A stretch of 64,000 nt of DNA from Candidatus Aldehydirespirator sp. (lineage in GTDB: Bacteria > Actinomycetota > Acidimicrobiia > Acidimicrobiales > Aldehydirespiratoraceae). A program made the position numbers and the translations under genes. Shown one piece after another: positions 16,546 to 25,887 of this stretch. The notes beneath the pieces were generated by a model. It did no database searches. It was given only the letters and a program-made list of their open reading frames with translations, and had not been told where the DNA came from. The stretch covers positions 209,331-273,330 of the forward strand of contig CBDCSK010000004.1 in NCBI GenBank assembly GCA_965221605.1, read 5' to 3'. Every line of letters begins with the position of its first letter. Position 1 is the first letter of the stretch.

Positions 16546-18366
16546 TCAATGGAGGGTCACGCCTTCGGGCGGGGGACGGAACGTGCCCCAGCATTCGATG
16601 GTGCCACCGGCGCGCAGGCCGCACGAGTGGCTCGGGCTTGTGGAGACCGACGTGAACCGCCCGCCCGGAGCGTCGAGCAGCCCCGCGTAGTCCAGGCCCC
16701 AGCACTCGACGGTGCCATCGGTGCGCACCGCGCAGGAGTGGTTGCGGGCAGCCGAGACGGAACTGAACGCGCCGGCGGGGGCCTCGAGGAGCCACCCATG
16801 GTCGAGGCCCCAGCATTCGACGGTGCCGTCGGTGCGCACCGCGCAGGAGTGGCTGGCCCCCACCGACACGGCGACGAAGTTCCCGCCGGGCGCGGGCGCC
16901 CAAGCGTCTCCCCGGGATCCCCAGCATTCGATGGTGCCGCCGGCGTGCAGCCCGCAGGCGCGGCTGTTGCCTACCGCCAGCGAAACGAGGGGCTCGTCTG
17001 CACCGCCGGTTCCGCCGATGTGGAGGATGGTCGTACTGTCACTGCTGGCCTGCACGTTGCTCCAGCACAGGGCCATGCCGTCGGCGTCCAGTACGCAGGC
17101 CTGGCCGCCTCCGGCGTGGACCGCAGTGAAGGGGCCGGCGGCCCGTTCGCCGGCACGATCTACGGCCTCCACGACGCGCTCGAGCACGGCCTGCACCTGC
17201 TCCGGAGAGTTGGGCGGCCCGACGCCCCAGCACTCGACGGTGCCGCCGGCGCGCCGGCCGCAGGAGAAGCCCGTTCCTGCCGCGACCGACATGAACCGTC
17301 CACTCGGGGCGTCGGCCTGGCCGCGGTCGTTGGCCCCCCAGCACTCGACGGTTCCGCCGGCTCGGACCCCGCAGCTGTGCTCCTCGCCGGTGGACACTGC
17401 GCTGAACGACCCACCGGGCGCCTCCAGTTGTGTGACGAAGCGCCGGCCCCAGCACTCGATGTTCCCGTCCACCCGGACCCCGCATGAGTGGTCCCAGCCG
17501 GTGGACACCGACGAGAACCGGCCCTCAGGCGGTTCGATCTGGCCCCAGTGATTGGCCCCCCAGCAGTCGATGGTGCCGCTGGTGCGCAGCCCGCAGGAAT
17601 GCCGGCCCCCGGTGTCGATCGCGCTGTACCGGCCGTGCGGGGCGTTGCTCTCATCGATGAAGCTGCGACCCCAGCACTCGGCGGTGCCGTCGACACGCAG
17701 ACCGCACGACTGGTCCCCACCCGCCGAGACCGACACGAACTGCCCGGCAGGGGCTTCGGCCTGGCCCCAGTGATTGTCGCCCCAGCACCGGACACCGCCG
17801 CCGCTGCGCAGCACGCAGGAGTGCCCGAATCCGGCCGCGACCCCGAAGAAGTGCCCGCCGGGCGCGATGACAGCCTCGGTCTTGGCGCTGCCCCAGCATT
17901 GGATGTCGCCGTCGACTCGCAGAGCGCATGAGTGGCTGTCGCCGACGGTGATGTCCACGTACTGCCCGCTGGGGGCTCGCAGCAGCTCCAGGAAGTCCAA
18001 GCCCCAGCATTCGATGGTGCCGCCCACCCGCAGGCCGCATGTGTGCCGGCGACCTGCGGACAGGGTCGTGAAGGTGCCCGCGGGCGCGTCGATCTGGTCG
18101 CTGTGGTTGGCGCCCCAGCAGACGGCGGTGCCGTTGGTGCGCAGCGCGCAGGTGTGGCGGCTGCCGGCGGCCACCGCCGCGAATCTCCCGCTTCCGGCGC
18201 GCTCCAGAGTCCCCGACTCCTCGACGACGCTGGCGACGTTGCCGGGATCGCTGGCGCCGTTCGCTCCGGAGACGGCTGGACTCTGCCCCCCGGTGCTGTC
18301 TCCGGAGCACCCGGCCACCGTGAGCATGAGCACCGCCGCGATGCATGCTGCCGATCGCAGCCTCAC
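16546..18366 (-). CDS. RCC1-like repeat lipoprotein (14 short repeats)
   Basis: Signal and lipobox MRLRSAACIAAVLMLTVAGC. 14 repeats of ~39 aa with consensus H(S/T)CG(L/V)RxDGTxECWG. Confidence 0.85.
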   Translation of the reverse strand: MRLRSAACIAAVLMLTVAGCSGDSTGGQSPAVSGANGASDPGNVASVVEESGTLERAGSGRFAAVAAGSRHTCALRTNGTAVCWGANHSDQIDAPAGTFTTLSAGRRHTCGLRVGGTIECWGLDFLELLRAPSGQYVDITVGDSHSCALRVDGDIQCWGSAKTEAVIAPGGHFFGVAAGFGHSCVLRSGGGVRCWGDNHWGQAEAPAGQFVSVSAGGDQSCGLRVDGTAECWGRSFIDESNAPHGRYSAIDTGGRHSCGLRTSGTIDCWGANHWGQIEPPEGRFSSVSTGWDHSCGVRVDGNIECWGRRFVTQLEAPGGSFSAVSTGEEHSCGVRAGGTVECWGANDRGQADAPSGRFMSVAAGTGFSCGRRAGGTVECWGVGPPNSPEQVQAVLERVVEAVDRAGERAAGPFTAVHAGGGQACVLDADGMALCWSNVQASSDSTTILHIGGTGGADEPLVSLAVGNSRACGLHAGGTIECWGSRGDAWAPAPGGNFVAVSVGASHSCAVRTDGTVECWGLDHGWLLEAPAGAFSSVSAARNHSCAVRTDGTVECWGLDYAGLLDAPGGRFTSVSTSPSHSCGLRAGGTIECWGTFRPPPEGVTLH

Positions 18367-18426
18367 AACAGGACCGTAGCCCCGGAGGCCGAGCGGAGCC
18401 GCTGGTGATCGGGCTGTTGGGGATTG

Positions 18427-20703
18427 TCAGTCGGGGAGCACCGCGATGCTGGAGAAGCACATCTCGTCGACGGTGCCCTCGTTCCAGGTGACGTAGCGGG
18501 GCTCGGGCATGTACTGCAGGGTGCGGTCCCACCAGCACTCGAAGCGCACCATGTCGCCCCGCTCGATGCGGATGTCCTCCACCGGCTCGTAGTTGAGCTG
18601 CCACTCGAAGTCCCACACACCGATGTCGAGCAGGATCCGTGCCTCGGGCGTGTCGGGATGGAGGGTCATGCGGTAGGCCGCGCCGAACTCGTGCATGTGG
18701 CCGAGGACGGTGTGGATGGTGCCGGTGTTGCGGGCCGGCAGGTCACAGGAGCTGTAGCCGATGCTGCCGTCGAGGTCGTCGTAGTCGTCGACGGTGGCGC
18801 CGCACTGGGCCAGCAGCAGGCCGGGGATGAGCGGGGCGAATGAGTCGTACTTCTCGCCGATCTCGGCCAGCACGTTGTCCCGAAGGCACAGGTTGACGTA
18901 TCCGTCGACGGTGGCGGCCCGCTCGGCCGCGACCGCGGCCTCCTCTGGGGTGCACGGCACCTCTGCGGGGGTGAGGTAGTTGCTGCCTGTGATGTGGGTG
19001 ATGCCTGCGGCGACTTCCTCGGCGGTGAGGGTGTCGAGGATTATCCATGAGCCGTCGGACGGGGTGTCGTGGTCGTAGTGATAGTGGATCTGGTTGACGA
19101 TCATGTCTCCGGGTGCCAGGTAGAGGCCGTACCCGTCGGGGTAGATGGTGGGGGACTGGCCCGGCGCCCAGCCCTGGATCGAGTACACGCCCTCGCTGTT
19201 GAGCCCCGACAGCCCGAAGCACGTCCAGCCCGGCTCGTCAGAGAGGCCCTGGGCCGCCTCGATCCTGTCCTCGGCTGCGATCTTGGCTGCGACCTCCTCC
19301 GCCGCGGCAGCCGGCACCCGGTAGACGATCGAGTGGTGGACGACCGGCACCTGGTCGGGCCTGAACTCGAAGCCCTTGACCCAGTTGCCGTCGCCCTCGG
19401 GATCGGCCACCTGGTGCACCTGGCAGCGGTAGTCGTCGTTCTTGACCGGCCAGCCGTCGGGACGGGAATAACCGGTGTACAGCCCGTCGCGGGGTCCGAT
19501 CTTCTGGTCCTCCTCGATTGGGATGATGGCCTGGAAGCGGGCCACCAGCGGGGTGCTGGGGCGCACGTCGAGGCCGCCGCCGGCATCGGCCCATGCCTTG
19601 ATGGCGGCCTTCTCGTCGTCGCTCAGGGCCCACTCGTGCACGTACTCCGGGCTCAGGTCCGACGGCAGCCAGGGTGGCATGAAGCCGATTCCGGTGACGA
19701 ACGCGATGTCGTCGGCGATGGCGGCCGCGTCTCCGGCGGTGTCGAGGGCGAGGGTGCTCCAGGCCGGGCCGCCGGTGGTGTGGCAGCTCACGCAGCGTGT
19801 CTCCAGGATGGGCTGCACGGTGGCTGCGAACCGGCCCTTCGCGATGTCAGAGACCGGGATCTCGCGGCGCAGGTCTCCGGTCGGCTCCGAGGCGAAGCCG
19901 ACCCGGTCGGCGACCATCTCGAAGGTCAGGGTCACCTCGTCGGAGGTGTGCACCAGCCGGGCGATGTTGATGGGTCCGACGTCGTAGTCGCTGGTCAGGA
20001 CCGTGGCCGACATGACTGCGGCGAGGGAGTCCGGCGTGATGACGACGGCGCCGGTGAAGGTCTCGGTGCGGGTGGTCTCCTTCACGGTCAGCTCGCCGGT
20101 GATGTCGATGTCGTAGCTGGCGCCGTCGGCGAACCCGGTGTCGAGGCCTTCTATCGAGGTGGGCCTGAACCGCACGAACGGCCAGTGGCTCGACTGGAGG
20201 TAGTCGTGGCGGATGCGCTTGTCCCGCAGCACCGAGTCGGACTGGAACATCTCGACGTTGATCACGATCTCGCCGATCCGGCTGGCGCCTAGGTCCACGA
20301 GGTTGACGGCGATCTCCCCGGCCATCACCGTCGTGGTGCCGACCGTGGTGCGCGACAGGCCACCGAGACGCTCCTGGATGTGATAGCTGGCCCGGGAGCC
20401 GGCCTCGGGCACGATCCGATATAGGCGCTCGGTCTCGACATCGAAGTCCTCGGGATCGTCGAAGTCCACCACCGGGGGAGCGAGCACCTCGCCTTGGGTG
20501 ACCAGCTCGGAACGGTCGATCTCACCGCCGGCGTCGCCGTTGACCGCGCTGCCGACGGCCACATCCACCGCATCCACGGCTACATCGACGGCGGTCTCGA
20601 CCGTGCCGGACCACTGGCTCCGGGTGAGGAACGCGGTCGTCCCGATGACGAGCACAGCCAGGATCGCGATCCGGCCCGCGTCAAGCCTCCGCCACCGGGA
20701 CAC
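18427..20703 (-). CDS. Membrane-anchored fusion protein: YceI-like domain + CxxCH (PSCyt1-like) motif + PHM/DBH-like copper type II monooxygenase domain
   Basis: 758 aa with an N-terminal TM segment (IAILAVLVIGTTAF). YceI-like SYHIQERLGG...ITGELTVKETTRTETFTG. FAATVQPILETRCVSCHTTGG. Cu-monooxygenase-like YRCQV, VVHHSIVY, QIHYHY, GHMHEFG and VDEMCF. Confidence 0.75.
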   Translation of the reverse strand: MSRWRRLDAGRIAILAVLVIGTTAFLTRSQWSGTVETAVDVAVDAVDVAVGSAVNGDAGGEIDRSELVTQGEVLAPPVVDFDDPEDFDVETERLYRIVPEAGSRASYHIQERLGGLSRTTVGTTTVMAGEIAVNLVDLGASRIGEIVINVEMFQSDSVLRDKRIRHDYLQSSHWPFVRFRPTSIEGLDTGFADGASYDIDITGELTVKETTRTETFTGAVVITPDSLAAVMSATVLTSDYDVGPINIARLVHTSDEVTLTFEMVADRVGFASEPTGDLRREIPVSDIAKGRFAATVQPILETRCVSCHTTGGPAWSTLALDTAGDAAAIADDIAFVTGIGFMPPWLPSDLSPEYVHEWALSDDEKAAIKAWADAGGGLDVRPSTPLVARFQAIIPIEEDQKIGPRDGLYTGYSRPDGWPVKNDDYRCQVHQVADPEGDGNWVKGFEFRPDQVPVVHHSIVYRVPAAAAEEVAAKIAAEDRIEAAQGLSDEPGWTCFGLSGLNSEGVYSIQGWAPGQSPTIYPDGYGLYLAPGDMIVNQIHYHYDHDTPSDGSWIILDTLTAEEVAAGITHITGSNYLTPAEVPCTPEEAAVAAERAATVDGYVNLCLRDNVLAEIGEKYDSFAPLIPGLLLAQCGATVDDYDDLDGSIGYSSCDLPARNTGTIHTVLGHMHEFGAAYRMTLHPDTPEARILLDIGVWDFEWQLNYEPVEDIRIERGDMVRFECWWDRTLQYMPEPRYVTWNEGTVDEMCFSSIAVLPD

Positions 20704-20807
20704 GACTCAGTATGCACCCATGGCTCGGCCCCGGCTCGCGTGCCCTGAATCGGCCGCGGTGGGGCCGTTCTCGGACTCAACGGCTGCCGGTTCGGTTCGG
20801 CGGGTGG

Positions 20808-22535
20808 TCAGCCGGTGTAGGTCACGCCGTCGGGAGGGGCCCGCAGCGTTCCCCAGCATTCGACGGTGCCGTCGGCTCGCAGACCGCAGGTGTAGCCCTG
20901 GCCGACCTCGATCGCGGCGAACTCCCCGGCGGCGGGCGCCTCGTCGGTCCCCCAGCACTCCACGTTGCCGCGGGGGAGCAGGCCACACGAGTGCACTCCG
21001 GTCGAGACAGCCGTGAAGACGGCATCGGGGGCGTCGGTCTGTCCGTGCGAGTTGGAGCCCCAGCAGTCGGCCGTGCCGCCGGAGCGCAGCCCGCACGTAT
21101 GGCTGTCTCCGGCTGCCAGCGCGCTGAAGGAACCCGCCGGCGAATTCAGCCTCCCCGCGTAGGGGTTGCCCCAGCACTTGGCTCCGCCGGTGTCGAGGAT
21201 GCCGCAGTTGTGCGAGCTCCCTGCCGAGATGGCCATGAAGGTGCCGTCGGGTGCGTCGGCCTGTCCGTGCGAGTTGGAGCCCCAGCATTCGACGGTGCCG
21301 TCGTCTCGTAGGGCGCAGGCGTGGCCGACACTGGCCGTCACCGTGTCGAATTGTCCGTCGGGGACGTCGAGAACGCCGAAGCGGTCGTATCCCCAGCACT
21401 TGATGGCCCCCGCCGGGCGTAGGCCGCAGGCGAAGTAGTTCCCGGTGGCCATCGAGTTGAAACGCCCGCCGGGCGGCGCCATCTGACCCACCAGGTCGGT
21501 GCCCCAGCACTGGACGGTGCCGTCGGTTCGCAGCCCGCACGTATGGTTGCCGCTGGCAATCAGCGAAGCGAACGGCTCGCTGGGCGGTTCGGCTCCCGCC
21601 ACGAAGCGCCGGCCCCAGCATTGGATCGTCCCGTCCGTGCGGAGCCCGCAACTGTGGTCGGCCGCGGCCGCGACCGTCTGGAACTGGCCGTGCGGCGCAG
21701 GGGTTGCGCCGTAGGCGTTCGATCCCCAGCACTCGGCGGTGCCATCGGTGTGTACTCCGCACGTGTGGTCCACCCCGGCCGCCAGAGTCGTGAAGGTCCC
21801 GCTGGGAGCGCCCGACTTGCCCAGGTAGTCCGATCCCCAGCACTCGGCGGTGCCGTCGAGCGTCACCCCGCAGGTGTGGTCGGCTCCTGCCGCGATGGCG
21901 GTGAAGCGTTCCGTCCGCCGGTCGGCCTGTCCGAGCTCGTTGCTGCCCCAGCACAGCACCGTGCCGCCGCTGCGCAGGACGCAGGCGTGGTCGTGCCCGG
22001 CAGCCAACGCGGTGAAGTGCCCGCCGGGCGGCGTCAGGAGTCCGGCGTCGGAACCGCCCCAGCAGTCGACGTCGCCGTCGTCACGCAGAGCACAGGTGTA
22101 GTTGGCGCCCGCGGACACCGCGACGAACTCACCGTCGGGGACATCGGTCATTCCCGCGAAGTCCGCGCCCCAGCACTCGATACTGCCGTCGATCCTGATG
22201 GCGCAGTTGTGGCCGGGTCCAGCTGAGATGGCCGTGAAGTCTCCCTCGGGAGCGTCGAGCACCCCGCTCTGGTTGACGCCCCAGCAGTCGATGCCACCGT
22301 CGGCCCGGATCGCGCAGGTGTGCCAGAACCCGGCCGCCACCGCGATGAACGTTCCCTCGGCCGGCGCGGGCTCCGGGGTCAAGGGCTCGGTCACGGTGGC
22401 TGCCTCGCTGACGGTGGCCGTTTCTGAGAGTTCCTCCACCTGGGACCCGGCCGGATCGGGCGACGTGCCAGTCGAGCACCCCGCCGCCACCAGTGCCATC
22501 ACCACGAGCCAAACGGCTGACCGCCTCACAGGCAT
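20808..22535 (-). CDS. RCC1-like repeat lipoprotein (14 short repeats), paralogue of 16546..18366
   Basis: Signal and lipobox MPVRRSAVWLVVMALVAAGC. 14 repeats of the same HxCG(L/I)RxDGxxxCWG type. Confidence 0.85.
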   Translation of the reverse strand: MPVRRSAVWLVVMALVAAGCSTGTSPDPAGSQVEELSETATVSEAATVTEPLTPEPAPAEGTFIAVAAGFWHTCAIRADGGIDCWGVNQSGVLDAPEGDFTAISAGPGHNCAIRIDGSIECWGADFAGMTDVPDGEFVAVSAGANYTCALRDDGDVDCWGGSDAGLLTPPGGHFTALAAGHDHACVLRSGGTVLCWGSNELGQADRRTERFTAIAAGADHTCGVTLDGTAECWGSDYLGKSGAPSGTFTTLAAGVDHTCGVHTDGTAECWGSNAYGATPAPHGQFQTVAAAADHSCGLRTDGTIQCWGRRFVAGAEPPSEPFASLIASGNHTCGLRTDGTVQCWGTDLVGQMAPPGGRFNSMATGNYFACGLRPAGAIKCWGYDRFGVLDVPDGQFDTVTASVGHACALRDDGTVECWGSNSHGQADAPDGTFMAISAGSSHNCGILDTGGAKCWGNPYAGRLNSPAGSFSALAAGDSHTCGLRSGGTADCWGSNSHGQTDAPDAVFTAVSTGVHSCGLLPRGNVECWGTDEAPAAGEFAAIEVGQGYTCGLRADGTVECWGTLRAPPDGVTYTG

Positions 22536-22619
22536 CCCCTCCGGTTGCCTCCGGGGCCGTGTCTAGTATCGCACCGTGACCGAGTGCTTCACAGAGGTTT
22601 CCCAGCCGCTCGCAGGCGT

Positions 22620-23615
22620 CTACTCCAGCGGGAACGGCAACTGGAGCCACCACGGACGGTCGATCGCCTCGACCTGGCTGACCCACTTCACCCACCAGAA
22701 GCCCCGGCGTCCCGGGGCCACCAGCCTCACCGGCGCGCCGTGGCCCCGGCGCAACCGCTCGCCGTTGTAGCCGACGGCGAGGTACAGGTTGGCCGCGTCG
22801 CGGGCCGGGAACAGCCGGCTGTAGCCGGTCAGCGAGGTGACCTCCAGGGTGGGTCGGTCCAGTTCCGGCATCAAATCGGTGAGCGGCACCGCATCCCAGG
22901 ACTGGCGGCTCCACCATCCCCCGGTGCAGTCGAGGTCGGCCTCCAACGGTCTGGTCTTCTCGTGCAGCGCCTCCAATGCCACCGGGTTGCCTGCGATCGT
23001 CAGCTCCCAGTCCGAGGCAGGAACCCGGGGCGACCGGTCGTTGAGCCACATGGTTGTCGGCATCTCCGTCGGGTTGAACGAGGCGATCTCGTGGGAGCCG
23101 GTGAAGCGCCGGTTGTCGCCCACCACCAGTTGCTGGATCCCGTAGGCCGCGCCTGCGGCGGCCAGGGCGAGGCCCCCGCCGGTGAGTGCCCGGCGGTCGA
23201 GGTCGGTGATGCGGGGGCGTCCGGGCCGGCTCACGATGTGCCACACCACCAGAGGCGCCAGCAGCGCGGCCAGAAGCACGTGGGTCCACAGCGCCGACCA
23301 GTAGCCCACCCCGTGCCACAGCCCGGTGGCGTGCAGGATCCCCAGCACGACCGTGGCTGTCACCAGCGCGCCCAGCAGCATCGACAGCCACCGGGTGAGC
23401 CGGCGGCGCTTCAGCCCGGTGCGCACCGAGCCCCTGAGCTTGGCGGGCGCCAGCGCTAGCAGGCTCAGCCCGGCCAGGGCGTGCATGACCGTCACCCAGC
23501 GGGCCCAGCCGCTGCCGACGCCCCAGGACACCAGCCCGGTCACCGCGGCCACCGTCACCGCCACGGCCAGCAGCAGATCCACCCGTCGAGCAGTGAGCCA
23601 CTTGCTGAATATCAT
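22620..23615 (-). CDS. Molybdopterin-dependent oxidoreductase (sulfite-oxidase/YedY-MsrP fold) fused to an N-terminal multi-TM, His-containing domain
   Basis: 331 aa. About 130 aa of hydrophobic helices carrying conserved His (VMHALAG, ILHATGLWHG, WTHVLL, VVWHIV). Then the Mo-domain block LDCTGGWWSRQSWDAVPL and GAPVRLVAPGRRGFWWVKWV. Confidence 0.75.
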   Translation of the reverse strand: MIFSKWLTARRVDLLLAVAVTVAAVTGLVSWGVGSGWARWVTVMHALAGLSLLALAPAKLRGSVRTGLKRRRLTRWLSMLLGALVTATVVLGILHATGLWHGVGYWSALWTHVLLAALLAPLVVWHIVSRPGRPRITDLDRRALTGGGLALAAAGAAYGIQQLVVGDNRRFTGSHEIASFNPTEMPTTMWLNDRSPRVPASDWELTIAGNPVALEALHEKTRPLEADLDCTGGWWSRQSWDAVPLTDLMPELDRPTLEVTSLTGYSRLFPARDAANLYLAVGYNGERLRRGHGAPVRLVAPGRRGFWWVKWVSQVEAIDRPWWLQLPFPLE

Positions 23616-23633
23616 GCTATGTCCCGGGGCCGG

Positions 23634-24779
23634 TTAGGCCGCTCCCAGGACGGCGTCGGCGATCCGGTCCTCGCAGGTGGCCGTGTCCCACCATGACAGC
23701 TGGAGTTGCTTGGCCCGCCGGAAGTAGAGCTGGATGTCGTACTCCAGGGTGAAGCCGATCCCCCCGAAGACCTGCTGGCACATGGCGGTGACGTCCCGGT
23801 AGGTGCGGCAGGCGAACAGCTTGGCCATGGGGGCCAGACGGTCGACCGGGCGCTCTGTGCTGTGTGCCCAGGCCGCCTCGTACACCAGCAGCCGGGCGCC
23901 GTCAAGGGCGGTGCGGGCGTCGGCCAGGTAGTGCGAGATGGCCTGGAACTCGGCCAGGGCCTTGCCGAACTGGTGCCTGGCCTTGGCGTACTCGACAGTG
24001 ATCTCCAGCGCGTAGGAGGCTCCGCCCACCGCCTGGGCCGCGGCCAGGATCGCGCCGGCGTGCATGGCTCGGTCCCAGGCCGCCCAGCCGGTTCCCGGCG
24101 GCGCGCCGGGATCTCCCAGTCTGGCCCCGGACTCCACGGCGACACCGTCGAAGGTGAGCAGGTACTGGGTGTCCGACCCGATCGACAGGCGCTGCTCCAG
24201 GCTCAGCCCCGCGGCGCTGGGGGGCACCACGAACAGGTCGATGTCGCGATCAGCGTCGCCGGTGCGGGCCAGGACCACCAGCAGGTCGGCTGCTGAGGCG
24301 AAAGGCACGTGGAGCTTGGCGCCGTCGAGCACGAACCCGTCGCCGTTGGCCCGGGCCGCCAGCTGCACACCCCGGGGCTTGAAGCCGCCACCCGGCTCCA
24401 GCCATCCCACGGTGGCGACGGTCTCACCCGACGCGATCGGACCGAGCAACTCGTCCCGCTGGCCCGGCGACCCGGCCTGCATGATCGCGCCCGCGGCCAG
24501 GACGCAGCTCACGAAGTGGGGGAGCGGAGCCAGCGAGCGGCCCAACTCCTCGTACAGCACCACCCCGTCGATCAGGCTCATGCCCGATCCGCCGTCGCTA
24601 TCGGGGACCATCAGGCCGCAGAGGCCCAACTCCCCGAAGCGGTCCCAGAGGTCGCGGGCGATGCCGTCGGGGTCGTCCTCGAGCTCCCGCACCCGCTCCA
24701 GAGGGGAGAACTCGCCGCACAGGCCCCGCACCATGTCGCGCAGCATGTCCTGCTCACCGGTGAAGTCCAGGTCCAGCAT
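23634..24779 (-). CDS. Acyl-CoA dehydrogenase
   Basis: Start trimmed to MLDLDFTGEQDMLRDMV (ATG at 24779, with GGGAGG upstream). C-terminal blocks ARHQFGKALAEFQAI and FGGIGFT. Confidence 0.85.
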   Translation of the reverse strand: MLDLDFTGEQDMLRDMVRGLCGEFSPLERVRELEDDPDGIARDLWDRFGELGLCGLMVPDSDGGSGMSLIDGVVLYEELGRSLAPLPHFVSCVLAAGAIMQAGSPGQRDELLGPIASGETVATVGWLEPGGGFKPRGVQLAARANGDGFVLDGAKLHVPFASAADLLVVLARTGDADRDIDLFVVPPSAAGLSLEQRLSIGSDTQYLLTFDGVAVESGARLGDPGAPPGTGWAAWDRAMHAGAILAAAQAVGGASYALEITVEYAKARHQFGKALAEFQAISHYLADARTALDGARLLVYEAAWAHSTERPVDRLAPMAKLFACRTYRDVTAMCQQVFGGIGFTLEYDIQLYFRRAKQLQLSWWDTATCEDRIADAVLGAA

Positions 24780-24825
24780 CACCGCCTCCCGGGTCGTGCA
24801 GGACCCAGCGGTTCCGAGCCGCTCA

Positions 24826-25887
24826 TCACGGCCGCCAATCGTCGCCGCGGCGCAGCCACGGGTTGTCCGACGACGACATGGGCAGGGCGACCCGGGCACT
24901 GCCGGTCGTGCACGTGCGGTCGTCGCCCCGCAGCATCAGGTCGAGTTCGACCCAGCCGCATCCGGTGCCGTCGATCGGGGTCGCGCTCACCCGGGTCGCG
25001 ATGGTCATCGTGTCGCCGGGGAACACCGGATCGTGCATGCGGAACGAGATCCGGCCCGGGCGGCCCTTCGGGCCCGTCCAGTCGGTGATGGCCCGCTCCA
25101 TCCAGGCCAGCTGGTTGGGGGTGTTGAGGAAGATGTCGCGGGTGCCGTTGCGCTCGGTGGCGAAACGGTAGTCGTGGTGCATGGGCCGCCAGTCACGGCT
25201 GGCCAGCGCCCCCAGCACGACGGTGGTGGCCGTGACGTCGTGGACGACTTCTGGCAGCACATCGCCGATCCGCACCTGGTCGTGGGCGGGGTCCGGCTTG
25301 GCCCGCGGGCCGGAGCTCCCGGCCGGTGGCGTGGACTCCGCCTGCCCCGACTCCTGGGGCTGCCCGGCCGGGTCGGCGTCGTTTCGGCGGTAGCCGAAAC
25401 CGGTGTAGGACTCCACGCCCACCAGCGCCCCGTGCTGGTTGTGGTACTCGACATCGATCACCCAGAAGCGGCCGGAGCCGAGCCGGGTCGTCTTGGGATC
25501 GCTCACGGACCGCAGCACCTGGTGGTGGCTGATCACGTCGCCGGGGCGCACGGGCTCGTGGAACACGATCGTGTTGTCGCTCATGATGGCCTCGGGCAGT
25601 TCCAGCCGTTCCTTGAGGTCGAAGTGGACCTGGAGAGCCACCTGTTCGGTGGTGGCGCCGGGCGCCCAGCGGTGGGGGCGCATCCACAGCGACAGCGTGC
25701 TGAGAGGCAGGATGCTCCCCCCGGCCAGCATCGCGGCCACGGCTGGTTCCCAATAAAGGGGGTTGCCGTTCTCGGTGGCGGCCAGCGTGTTCCAGCCGTA
25801 GCCCAGTTCGGCCGGGAAGTCGGCCGTCTCGGGGTACATGGGCTGCCCGATCAGCTCGGCCACGTCATCGGGCAGCGCAGTGGTCAT
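24826..25887 (-). CDS. Double hot-dog MaoC-like (R)-hydratase/dehydratase
   Basis: Start is MTTALPDDVAELIG (ATG at 25887), with a 4-bp ATGA overlap with the upstream CoA-transferase stop. Two hot-dog halves joined by a P/Q/S-rich linker. FPGDTM and RPGDVI motifs. Confidence 0.8.
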   Translation of the reverse strand: MTTALPDDVAELIGQPMYPETADFPAELGYGWNTLAATENGNPLYWEPAVAAMLAGGSILPLSTLSLWMRPHRWAPGATTEQVALQVHFDLKERLELPEAIMSDNTIVFHEPVRPGDVISHHQVLRSVSDPKTTRLGSGRFWVIDVEYHNQHGALVGVESYTGFGYRRNDADPAGQPQESGQAESTPPAGSSGPRAKPDPAHDQVRIGDVLPEVVHDVTATTVVLGALASRDWRPMHHDYRFATERNGTRDIFLNTPNQLAWMERAITDWTGPKGRPGRISFRMHDPVFPGDTMTIATRVSATPIDGTGCGWVELDLMLRGDDRTCTTGSARVALPMSSSDNPWLRRGDDWRP

